Assembly: GCA_963782025.1 (NCBI GenBank)
Contig: CAWAIB010000005.1
Coordinates: 483,919-547,918, forward strand
Direction: 5' to 3'
From: an uncultured Solirubrobacterales bacterium
Lineage (GTDB): Bacteria; Actinomycetota; Thermoleophilia; Solirubrobacterales; Solirubrobacteraceae
Length of the DNA: 64,000 bases
Shown here one piece after another: positions 28,001 through 35,668 of this stretch. Under the pieces are notes generated by a model. The model did not search any database and was not told the origin of the DNA. It worked only from the letters and a program-made list of their open reading frames with translations. How positions within the stretch are numbered: position 1 is the stretch's first letter; the number at the start of each line of letters is the position of its first letter. Position numbers and translations under genes: made by a program.

Positions 28001-28394
28001 GCTGGACGCTCGCTCAGGCGATCAGGCAGGCGCCCGGGCCGCCGCTGAGCAGAGCCGTGACTGGTTCGCTGAGAACGACGACATGATCGGCCTCAGCGCC
28101 GCCGAGCTCTGCCTGGCGAACGTGGCGCTGTTCGCCGGCGATCGGGTGGGGGCGCGTGCGCATCTAAAGGACGCGGCCTCGGTGCTCGGGGGTATCCAGT
28201 CGACCCCCCAGAAGGGTTGGGTATTGGCCGTGCTCGCCGCGATGTCCGCCGAGGACGGCGAACCGGCGACGGCTCGCCGCTGGCTCGACCGGGCGATCTC
28301 CCAATTCGAGTTGGTGGGCGGCGACGCCGGCATCGCCTACTGCCGTGAGGTGGAGCGCGGGCCGGGTGTCGCAGCAAGCGCGATCGCCGATTAA
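25065..28394 (+). CDS. SARP/BTAD - NB-ARC/AAA ATPase - TPR regulator (AfsR-like)
   Basis: LGISLLGAFSITVGG and DAPLHEPAHRALMRLYVEGGRRQEALAQFQELKRGLRREFEDEP (BTAD). Walker A LTGAGGCGKTRLALE, Walker B LLLLDNCEHL. TPR-like repeats (GNLAVVDRVQGAFDRA, GALGNLARSSGDFERG). GAAAGG 7 nt upstream of ATG 25065. Confidence 0.88.
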   Translation: MGDDVLGISLLGAFSITVGGHVVPDDAWRLRKAKTLIKLLALAPGCRLHADRAIELLWAGREEASARNNLHQAIFAARRALDSAGLEGRNHLELREDVIALCPEDPVRIDVVAFEEAAASAREGRDPAAYRDALDSYDGELLPEDRYEEWTASRRDAVHELRLALGIELAELQAPEHPAAAIDRLRSVLVDAPLHEPAHRALMRLYVEGGRRQEALAQFQELKRGLRREFEDEPDEVTRRLYREILTRGAGEAKADGEPASPPTAAAVREPAESPPTAAAVSSPAENPGNPNNLPKQLTSFIGRERELAEAGALLRSSRLLTLTGAGGCGKTRLALELAGQRAGDFTDGVWPVELAALGEPELLGPAVAQALDTRLASDRAPEVALAGHIGDRRQLLLLDNCEHLIEPVAHLVQALLGHCPRLTVLATSREPLRIPGEVTWRVPSLSLPSLAELSSSGEAIEAESVRLFVVRAGHAAPGFELDTENAAAISTVCHRLDGMPLAIELAAARVGALTPAQIVERLDGSLELLSGGSRTAMTRQQTLRATLAWSFDLLDGDEQILLRRLAVFAGSFGLDAAEDVCAGDPLERQEAVALLGRLIDKSLVHVEEGPGDRRYRLLETVRQYAAERLQEAGERHAFERRHCDWYVELAESDPTPVGDLPTRDRLRRLDLERDNLRAALASALADDPQLALRLTVALWRFWLMRGYLAEGYRWLAASLAAAPEHTMDRARALLAACLVGMRRGVPLHLHELGAESVAIFGEFGDHAGMFDAVEVLAAYRVIVSGPADIEALLGEHETLQVDDLPVARPPAWAAHTRAIAAWFRREYPQARRQFELALKRAGELLADERPALWPLSYAVFSVEAENGYPLLLQEDTAIVGRRVGGEAAVAYILGNLAVVDRVQGAFDRAGELIEESLARFQALADVQGEAYALGALGNLARSSGDFERGRELLGRSLARRREVGDRRGIGITLGCLAVLDARSGDQAGARAAAEQSRDWFAENDDMIGLSAAELCLANVALFAGDRVGARAHLKDAASVLGGIQSTPQKGWVLAVLAAMSAEDGEPATARRWLDRAISQFELVGGDAGIAYCREVERGPGVAASAIAD

Positions 28395-28511
28395 CCCAAC
28401 TTAGAGCGGCCATAAGACATTGCAAAGTCGTCGTTAAGAGGTGGACCGTAGCCTCGCTGAGTGTCGTTGAGGCGCGATGTCAGACAACCAAACTGAGGAG
28501 GAGGCCGGCGC

Positions 28512-29482
28512 ATGGCTACGCAAGGGGTGCTTGGGGCGGCGACGTTGAAGGAGTTCGAGGACGGGTTGCACGGAGAGCTGATCCGGCCCGGCGATGGCGT
28601 TTATGACGAGGCTCGTGCGATCTGGAACGGCGCCCATGACGCTCGCCCGGCGGTGATCGCCCGCTGCGCTGATTCCTCCGACGTGCGCCACGCGATCGGT
28701 TTCGCGCGCAGCGAGGGACTTGACGTCGCGGTGCGTGGCGGCAGCCACAGCATCCGGGCGACCGCGCCGAGGAGATCATGCGCTTCTACCGGGAGTTCAC
28801 GCGTGAGGTGCCGGATGAGCTGAGCACCCTGGTCAACCTGATCACCGGGCCACCCGCTCCGTTCATTCCTGAGGACTGGCACGGCAAGAAGCTGATCGCC
28901 CTCGTCGGCTGCTACTCCGGTGACCCCGAGGAGGGGATGAAGGTGATGCAGCCGCTCCGCGACCTGGGCGACGCGGTCGCGGACCTTGTCAGCCCGATGC
29001 CCTACGTGCAGATGGAGAGCCTGCTCGATGCGCTCTGGCCGAAGGGCACCCAGGCCTACATGAAGGCGGGCTACTTCCGCGAGCTCGACGATCACGCGAT
29101 CGAGACGATGGCCCGCTTCCATCAGAACGCGACCTCCCCGGCCTCGGAGATCCACATCCAGCAGTTCGGCGGCGCGATCGCCCGTGTCGGTGAGGAGGAG
29201 ACCGCCTGCGGGGAACGCCAGGCGCCGTTCGTGCTCAACGCGATCGCCGCCACCCATGAGCCGACCGGCCTGGAGACCCATATGGATTGGGCGCAGCGGC
29301 TCTATGCCGAGATCGAGCCGTCGCTGACCGGTGGCGCCTACATCAACTTCCTCTCCTCCGAGGGCGAGGATCGGGTCAAGGCGGCCTACGGGACCGAGAA
29401 GTTCGCCCGGTTGCGGGCGCTCAAGGACCGCTACGACCCCACCAACCTGTTCCACCTGAACCAGAACATCCCACCATCATGA
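28512..29482 (+). pseudogene. BBE-type FAD-binding oxidase with 427-nt internal deletion (copy of 51088..52485)
   Basis: Nearly identical to 51088..52485 at both ends. The junction near 28751-28757 (CACAGCAT/CCGGGCGACC) removes the equivalent of about 51330-51756 and shifts the frame. The track shows two ORFs, 28512..28823 and 28778..29482. Confidence 0.9.
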
Positions 29483-29547
29483 TCATGGCGGTGAGGGTCC
29501 GCACCAAGCCACGTCTGGTGCGTCTACTGCTCGGAGTGCCCATTCCG

Positions 29548-29937
29548 TCACCGTTTTGCCGCGAGGTCGGCATAATGGCCCCACGGCAATGTTGCAGCAG
29601 GCTGCTGCAACATTGCCTCAGATGTCTCGCACATGCTCCATGCGCGCGCGAACTCGCGCATGTATCGAAGGTTACGTAGCGAGAAGCCGGTGATATCGGG
29701 CAGCTCGCGCCGAAGATCAACCGCCAGCCTGTCTACAATCTTGGCGCCCCATCCCTCACGCCGCTCGCGTTCGAGGATCTCGTGCCCGATTTCCCAGTAG
29801 AGCTGGATCAGCTCGCTGTTGACCGCGAGCACGGCACGAGTCCGGGCAGCCCCGATCCGGGCCTTGATCTCGGCCAGGAACTGCGGGTAGGCGGCCGGCA
29901 GCTCGTCGGCGCGACTTGTGGGTGGCACACTGGGCAT
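29548..29937 (-). pseudogene. truncated yhcG/DUF1016-family gene (N-terminal domain only)
   Basis: MPSVPPTSRADELPAAYPQFLAEIKARIGAARTRAVLAVNSELIQLYWEIGHEILERE...GFSLRNLRYMREFARAW...LQQPAATLPWGH, then unrelated sequence and a stop. The PD-(D/E)XK C-domain is absent. The ATG abuts the SOS box. Confidence 0.75.
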
Positions 29938-29951
29938 CGAACATATGTTCC
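29938..29951. promoter_or_regulatory. LexA/SOS-box-like operator (CGAACATATGTTCC)
   Basis: 13/14 match to the palindrome CGAACATATGTTCG. Lies directly 5' of the yhcG-like ATG on the minus strand. Confidence 0.6.
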
Positions 29952-29984
29952 CATCGTCTGCGGACGGCATCCGGAGCTACTCGT

Positions 29985-30133
29985 CTGAGCTCAACCCAGG
30001 CAAGCAGTCCCGGGTCTTTCGTCTCCCGGCCAATAGGTCCGCGAAGCGGTATTGGCCAGGAGACGAAAGGCCCGGGATCTGCGATCGCGGCGAGCCCGGT
30101 ATTGGACGGGGGACGAAGGCCCGGGATCTGCGC
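29985..30133. repeat. type-1 hairpin element plus one partial apex+R-arm copy
   Basis: L-arm 30009-30035, R-arm 30050-30076 (two imperfect positions), second copy GCGAGCCCGGTATTGGACGGGGGACGAAGGCCCGGGATCTGCG 30089-30133. Confidence 0.9.
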
Positions 30134-30283
30134 TGGGCTGTTGTGAAGCTCAGTAACGGCGAGTATGAGGTCCACAACATCGGCGTCAACTGGCCACACC
30201 ACATCTTCGTCAACCAGGACTTCGAGGTGCTCGGCGCCGAGTAGGCGATTCCACAGCAACCAGCGACACATTTGCCCCAGTGA

Positions 30284-31300
30284 TTAGGTACCCACCCGCC
30301 CGGCCACAGAAACTTGGGGGGTGTGCGGGCCTGCGGTCATGCCGCCGCCACCTCGCGGAGCGCCGCGCCGCCGAGTGCCGGGCCGCGGATGCCGGCCACG
30401 GAATGCCGGGCCACGGAATGCCGGGCCACGCACCCCAGCCCCGTTGAGCACCTGGAGGACGTCTTCCGCGCATGCGACGGGGTGCGCCCCGTCCTGCAGC
30501 AGCCGGAGTATGCGGTCTCCGCCCGGGTCGGTGAGGCGGCTGGGCACAACCGCGATATCGCGCCCGAGCTCGGTGGCGATCTTCGTGGTGAGCGCCGCGT
30601 TGGTGAAGCCGCCCGCCTCGACGATCACGATCATGTCGGCAAGCGCGGCGATGATCCGCCGCGAGGCGGTGAAGCACCAGCGCTGGTGTTCGAAGAACCC
30701 GGGCGGGAACTCGGAGATCGCCGTGCCGTGGGCGAGGATCCGCTGGTGCAAAGGATCCTGCCGGGTGAGATGGGAGAGATCGGGCGAGCAGGCCATCACC
30801 GCGATCGTGGCACCGCCACCGGCCAGCGCCCCCTCGTGCGCGATCCCGTCGGGCCCCTCGTTGACGCTGCTTACAACAGTCACACCCGCGCGCGCGAGGT
30901 CCCGCGTGAGCGTCAACGTGATCTCCTCGGCGTACGGGGTCAGCCCGCGGCTGCCAACGATCGCGACCCTGGGATTGGCTGGGGAAAGCAGCTCGCGCAG
31001 ACGCTCAACACCGCAGGTCGCGTACAGCACGGCCGGCGCGTTGGGGAGCTGCCGCAGCGCCCGGGGATAGGCGGCGTCGTGCTGGCACAGCGCGGTCGGG
31101 ACGCTGTCGGTCGGAGCGGGCAGCTCCAGCCCGCGCGGGACCCCGGAAGGATCCTCGACCCCGGCAGCACGCAGCAGCCCCTCGTTCGGGAGGGCCAGCA
31201 CCGACAGCAGCCACTGCTCGCGCAACGGCGAGCGCCGAGCGAGCGCCGGAGCAGCCGCAGCCACAACCGCGGAACGTCGTAAGCAAAGAGAGCAAACCAT
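30284..31300 (-). CDS. dprA: DNA-processing protein DprA/Smf family
   Basis: Rossmann-type core RVAIVGSRGLTPYAEEITLTLTRDLARAGVTVVSS, GGATIAVMACSPD, ISEFPPG, RIIAALADMIVIVEAG. The usual GLARGID string is diverged (VNEGPDGIAH). In-frame 15-nt tandem duplication at 30391-30430 (RGPAF x2). Confidence 0.8.
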   Translation of the reverse strand: MVCSLCLRRSAVVAAAAPALARRSPLREQWLLSVLALPNEGLLRAAGVEDPSGVPRGLELPAPTDSVPTALCQHDAAYPRALRQLPNAPAVLYATCGVERLRELLSPANPRVAIVGSRGLTPYAEEITLTLTRDLARAGVTVVSSVNEGPDGIAHEGALAGGGATIAVMACSPDLSHLTRQDPLHQRILAHGTAISEFPPGFFEHQRWCFTASRRIIAALADMIVIVEAGGFTNAALTTKIATELGRDIAVVPSRLTDPGGDRILRLLQDGAHPVACAEDVLQVLNGAGVRGPAFRGPAFRGRHPRPGTRRRGAPRGGGGMTAGPHTPQVSVAGRVGT

Positions 31301-31454
31301 CGCGCCCAGAACGGTACGCGCGAGTTGTGACGGCAGAGTGGATTAGGTGCCCGCCCACCCCGCGAGACTGTCGCGAGAAGTCCAGCTTGCGGATCTAATT
31401 ACCAGTAACGACTCGTGTGTCCGTGTCTGCCAACACGCCTTGGGACTTCTTTCG

Positions 31455-31625
31455 AGCTCAACCCAGGCAAGCAATCCCGGGTCTTTCGTCTCTCGGCCAA
31501 TAAGGCCGCGAAGCGGTATTGGCCGAGAGACGAAAGACCCGGGATTGCGTAGCCGGGGAGGGAAGACCCGGGATTGCGTAGCCGGGGAGGGAAGACCCGG
31601 GATTGCGTAGCCGGGGGACGAAGAG
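31455..31625. repeat. type-1 hairpin element with 29-bp-period arm reiteration
   Basis: L-arm 31476-31502, R-arm 31517-31543 (perfect, T:A variant). Units ATTGCGTAGCCGGGGAGGGAAGACCCGGG at 31544 and 31573, partial unit from 31602. Abuts the stop codon (31630) of the surface-protein gene. Confidence 0.92.
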
Positions 31626-31629
31626 CGTC

Positions 31630-34112
31630 TCAGTACTTCACGTGCGCTTCGGCTTCGGTGTAGGAGGTGCCTTCTTCGACCTTGAGCTTCAGGATGGCTT
31701 CGCTCGTGCCGGACGCGGGGCTCGTGTATTCGAAGACGCCTGAGGATTCGGCGAGGCCGGAGGCGGGGATCGCGAGGCCGGTAGCGTTCGTGAGCGTGCC
31801 TTCGCCGCTCGTCTTTTCGACCTTCGCCTTGTGGGCGCCGCCGAGGTTGGAGACGATGTTGCCGTATGCGTCGGTGACGCTGGCGTGGGCTTTGAATTTC
31901 TTGCTGGCGCCGATGCTGGTCGTGATGCAGGCAAAGGGGCAGGTGCCTGCTTCGAGTTTGCCGGCGCTCACCGTGGCGCCTGACCAGGCAAAGCGTTCCG
32001 GCGCGCCAGCCCTGATCGTGAACGAGCCCGACGTGCCTGTCACGGTGGCTGCCTTCTTTGACTTTGAGGGTCGTGTTCTGGGCGTCAAAGAGCTTGATCA
32101 GAGAGGCTGTGCCCACGCCTTCGGTGAAGGTGACCGTCGTGGCCGTGGTCGGGTATTCGGGCGCGAGGCCGCCGGGCGAGCTGGCGGGTTCGCTGAAGGC
32201 GAGTGTCCTTGAGCCCGCATAGCCGGCCGTGATGTTGCCCCATTCGTCGGTGGCGGTGAGCGTGATGTTGAAGGGGGCGCCCGCTTCCTGTTCTGAGGGT
32301 GTTGGCACGGTGAGCTTTTTGGTCGCGGCTGCTTTGACCGTGAAGGAGCCCGTGACGCCTTCGATCGTCCCTTCCGTCGCCTTCAGTGTCGTGTTTTGGG
32401 CGTCGTAGAGTTTGATCGTCGAGGCCGTGCCCACGCCGGAGGCGAAGGTGACGGTCGCCGGGTAGCTGGGCGGTTGTCCGCTGGGCGAGTTTGAGGGTCC
32501 GCTCCAGGTGAGCGTCTTTGCGCCCGTGTAGCTCTTGGCGGTGTTGCCCCATTCGTCGATCGCGGTGGCTTTCACGCTGACGGCGGTGGTGCCCGCTGTC
32601 GCTTCGGCCGGCGTCGTCATGCTGAAGCTGTTGGCGGCGGCCGCCTTGACGGTGAACGAGCCCGAGGCGCCTTCGATGCTGCCTTCTTTCGCTTTGAGCG
32701 TGGTGCTCGCGGCGTCGTAGAGCTTGAGCGAGGAGGCCGTGCCCACGCCCGCGGTGAAGGTGACCGTCGTCGCCGAGGCAGGGTATTCGGGCGCTGTGCT
32801 GATGGGCGAGGGCGAGCTCGCCGGCCCGCTCCAGGCGAGCGTCTTTGCGCCGGCGTAGCTGGTCGCGGTGTTGGAGTATTCGTCGAGGGCGGTGAGCGTC
32901 ACGTTGAAGGGGGCGCCCGCTTCCTGTTCGGACGGCGTTGGCACAGTGAATTTCTTGGCGACGGCCGGTTTGACGGTGAAGCTGCCCGACGTTCCTTCAA
33001 TTGCTGTCGTGCTTTCCTTTGCTTTCAGCGTCGTGGTCTGGGCGTCGTACAGCTTGGTCGAGGCAGCCGCGCCGGCGCCGGCGGTGAAGGTGACCGATGC
33101 CGTGTAGCTGGGCGCTTTTCCACTGGGCGAGTTGGCGGGTTCGCTCCAGGTGATCGTCTTTTTGCCCGCATAGCTCGTGGCGGTGTTGCCGTATTCGTCG
33201 GTGGCGGTGAGCGTCACGTTGAAGGGGGCGCCCGCTTCCTGTTCTGAGGGTGTCGGCACGCTGAGCTTCTTCGCCGCGGCCGCTTTGACCGTCACCGCCA
33301 GTCCGGTGGAGTTGTTGAGCGAGCCTTCCTTGACCTTGATGTGCGCGGCTTCGGCCTTGTACAGGGTCATCACGCCGTTGATCGCGCTCGACACCGTGGA
33401 TTTGCCTTCGCTGAACGTGATTTCGGTTGCTTCGCCAAAGCTCCTTTCGACGCCTGAATTGTCAACCACAAGCGGTTCTTCGCCGGCCGCTTCGTTGGCG
33501 CCTTCAAAGATCAGGGAATGCGAACCCGAGTAGGTCCCGACCGTGTCGCCCGACGCGTCCTTGGCGGTGATTGTGAGGTTGTCGGTCGCGCCGGCGGTGG
33601 GCGTGGTGTTTGCGGCTTCGAGCACGAGGTGGGTCGCCGGGCCATAGGCAACCGTCACCGATTTGGCTGTGCTTGTCGCCGTCCAAGTGCGCCAGACCGC
33701 GGTGACCGTGTATTCGTGGGCGCCGATCGACAAGCCCGTGTCGGTGCAGCTCGTGGCGGTCGAGGGAGAGCCCGAGCTCGGGCAGCCGCCGCCGGGGGAG
33801 CCGGCGTCGCGAGTCAGCGAAGTATTCGACCGTGCCGCCGCCGGGTGGCGTGACGGCCGACCAGGTGAGTTCGACCGTTTGGGCGCCCGGCGTGGCACTC
33901 GAGATCGCGGGCGAGGAGAGCGTCGCCAGGCTCGCCGACGCGTTTATTGTGCCGGCGCCCGACCAGTAACCAAAGACGCCCGCGACCAGCAGGCTCAGCG
34001 TCATCACGGTAGTGACCGCGATCCGCCGGGGCCTGCTGTGGCGGTTCGATCGCCTGGGCCTGCTGCGACGATTCGGTCTTCTCATGAGTGCGCGCTTGGT
34101 ATCGCGGGCCAC
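31630..34112 (-). pseudogene. large cell-surface protein with about six tandem Ig-like (Big_1-type) repeats, interrupted by two +1 frame disruptions
   Basis: Three track ORFs join into one protein: 33504..34112 (signal anchor IAVTTVMTLSLLVAGVFGYWSGAG, TVEYF), 31343..33898 (LTRDAGSPGGGCPSS..., then ~100-aa repeats VPTPSEQEAGAPFNVTLTATDEYGNTATSYAG...KLYDAQTTTLKAKE) and 31630..32088 (ATVTGTSGSFTIRAG...EAEAHVKY*). Frame breaks near 33815-33825 and 32047-32056. Confidence 0.75.
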
Positions 34113-34134
34113 TCGACCCGCGCTCTCTCGTCGT

Positions 34135-34650
34135 CTACGAGGCTTTGTACTTGAGCGTGATCGACGCGCCCTTGCACGCGTTCTGGTTGACGGCGGCTTC
34201 TTCTTTCATTTTCAGGTTCACGGTGTATTCCTTGGTTTCACCGTGGGCAAGCACGACTTTCGGTTCCTGGGATGCGGGCGTGACTTCAAACCATTCTTTT
34301 TTGCATTCCGCTACGGAGGTTTTTTCGACTTCAGCTTCGAGTTTCGTCAAAAACTCATTCTGGCTCGCGTCGACGTCCTTGACCTTGACGGTGACCGCGG
34401 AGCTGCCCCCGGGATAGAGGCCTTCGACCAGCGTGCTGGTGACTTCGAAGGATGCGCCGCCGGAGCTCGCTTTGACCGTGCCCGAGCCTTCGCCGGAGTT
34501 CGTCCAGTAGGCGAACGCGGCGGCGGCGGTCAGCGCCAGGACGAGTACGACAACGCCAAACGCAAGGCGGGTTTTGTTCTTCGCAAAGGTGGGGTTGTTC
34601 TTCGCAAAGGCGGGGTTTTTGTTCTTTTTGATGGGGAATGGCACCCCCAC
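34135..34650 (-). CDS. small secreted/anchored protein with TasA/camelysin-like (SipW-type) N-terminal signal region
   Basis: 171-aa ORF. Basic N-terminus with a tandem NPAFAKN/NPTFAKN duplication, TM span LAFGVVVLVLALTAAAAFAYWTNSGEGSG, beta-rich remainder. 22 nt upstream of the surface-protein gene on the same strand. Confidence 0.65.
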   Translation of the reverse strand: MGVPFPIKKNKNPAFAKNNPTFAKNKTRLAFGVVVLVLALTAAAAFAYWTNSGEGSGTVKASSGGASFEVTSTLVEGLYPGGSSAVTVKVKDVDASQNEFLTKLEAEVEKTSVAECKKEWFEVTPASQEPKVVLAHGETKEYTVNLKMKEEAAVNQNACKGASITLKYKAS

Positions 34651-34730
34651 CTATCGGACGGGGTGTAGCGGGCTTTAGCGCTGGGCGCCGCCTGGCAATA
34701 CGGAACCAGAGTCGCGGCCGACCGTCGCTC

Positions 34731-34774
34731 GGGAGACGAAAGACCCGGGATCTGCGCCGGGGACGAAAGACCCG
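34731..34774. repeat. partial type-1 element (two R-arm copies, no L-arm)
   Basis: GGGAGACGAAAGACCCGGGATCTGCGCCGGGGACGAAAGACCCG. Lies between the 34135..34650 start and the 34777 stop. Confidence 0.8.
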
Positions 34775-34776
34775 TC

Positions 34777-35361
34777 TCAGCGAAAGGTGAGTGTGTCTGC
34801 GCCGAGGGCTTGGGCTACGAGCGCGAGGTCGTGTTTGTCGTGGAGGTGGCGGGCGTGCTCGCGTAGGTCGAGGGCGGCGTTCATCGCGGCGACGAGGTCC
34901 GCGGCGTGGGCGTCCACCTCGACCTTGGCTCTTTCGTGCTCGGTGAGCCAGTGAGCGACATCTGGCCAGTGCCATAGGCGGGTCTTGTGGTCTGCGTATG
35001 TGACGGGGGCTGGGAAGCCTCCGGGACCGCGTTCGTTGGTGGAGAGCAGCCGTATGTACTCGCGTGAGAGTCCGCTGCGCTTGGCGATGGCGGCCATTGT
35101 GACGAGCTCGTCGGGCTCGATGCGAACGACCTGCAGGCCCGGTACGGCGGAGGTGACATCTCGGATGGCGCTGGCCAGCGCCTCGCTGAAGCTGTCCGCC
35201 TCGCGATCGAACGCTCCGTACTGCGCACCGTCTCGCACCCCGAACAGTGCGTCGTCGCAGCCGGCCTCGTACAACGCATCGAACTGCTCGTCGTCCAGCA
35301 CATCGACACCGCTGAAGAAGATAGTGAAGCTGTGGATCGTTGGTTTAGTGGTCGAGCTCAT
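34777..35361 (-). CDS. HTH DNA-binding protein (antitoxin-like)
   Basis: Probable start MSSTTKPTIHSFTIFF at 35361. HTH-like PDELVTMAAIAKRSGLSREYIRLLSTNERGPGGFPAPV...RLWHWPDVAHWL. ATGA start/stop overlap with the upstream small ORF. Confidence 0.6.
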   Translation of the reverse strand: MSSTTKPTIHSFTIFFSGVDVLDDEQFDALYEAGCDDALFGVRDGAQYGAFDREADSFSEALASAIRDVTSAVPGLQVVRIEPDELVTMAAIAKRSGLSREYIRLLSTNERGPGGFPAPVTYADHKTRLWHWPDVAHWLTEHERAKVEVDAHAADLVAAMNAALDLREHARHLHDKHDLALVAQALGADTLTFR

Positions 35362-35618
35362 TTGCTTTTCTGCTGTTTCACGGTGTTTGGTGTGCCCGGG
35401 TTGTGATCGCATTTCTTGATGGCCTCACGGATGCGCTTTGCGATGTCGCCCGGCCGTCGCGGTGTGCCCGCAAGCGCGACTGCGCAGCCACTGCCACAGG
35501 AGAGTGTCCCCCAGCGGTGGCCCGCCCCTTTGGATCTGTCTGTTTTCCAGCCGGCACGTTCAGCGTCCTTGATCGCCTTGCGAATGTCCTTGTCTGGGTG
35601 AAGGTCTTTGTTAGCCAT
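35358..35618 (-). CDS. small Cys-containing hypothetical protein, translationally coupled to 34777..35361
   Basis: 86 aa from ATG 35618: MANKDLHPDKDIRKAIKDAERAGWKTDRSKGAGHRWGTLSCGSGCAVALAGTPRRPGDIAKRIREAIKKC... The track ORF (to 35756) is extended through the yhcG-fragment module. Confidence 0.55.
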   Translation of the reverse strand: MANKDLHPDKDIRKAIKDAERAGWKTDRSKGAGHRWGTLSCGSGCAVALAGTPRRPGDIAKRIREAIKKCDHNPGTPNTVKQQKSK

Positions 35619-35668
35619 AAGTGTAGCAACTAGTTGGAGGTTGTCAACACATGCGGGAGTGGGTCTGC

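Noticed and set aside
30140-30244. PepSY-like C-terminal peptide (..VKLSNGEYEVHNIGVNWPHHIFVNQDFEVLGAE*)
   Set aside because: It looks like the tail of a real protein, but everything upstream is the hairpin element and there is no start. It is at most a gene remnant and too short to assign.
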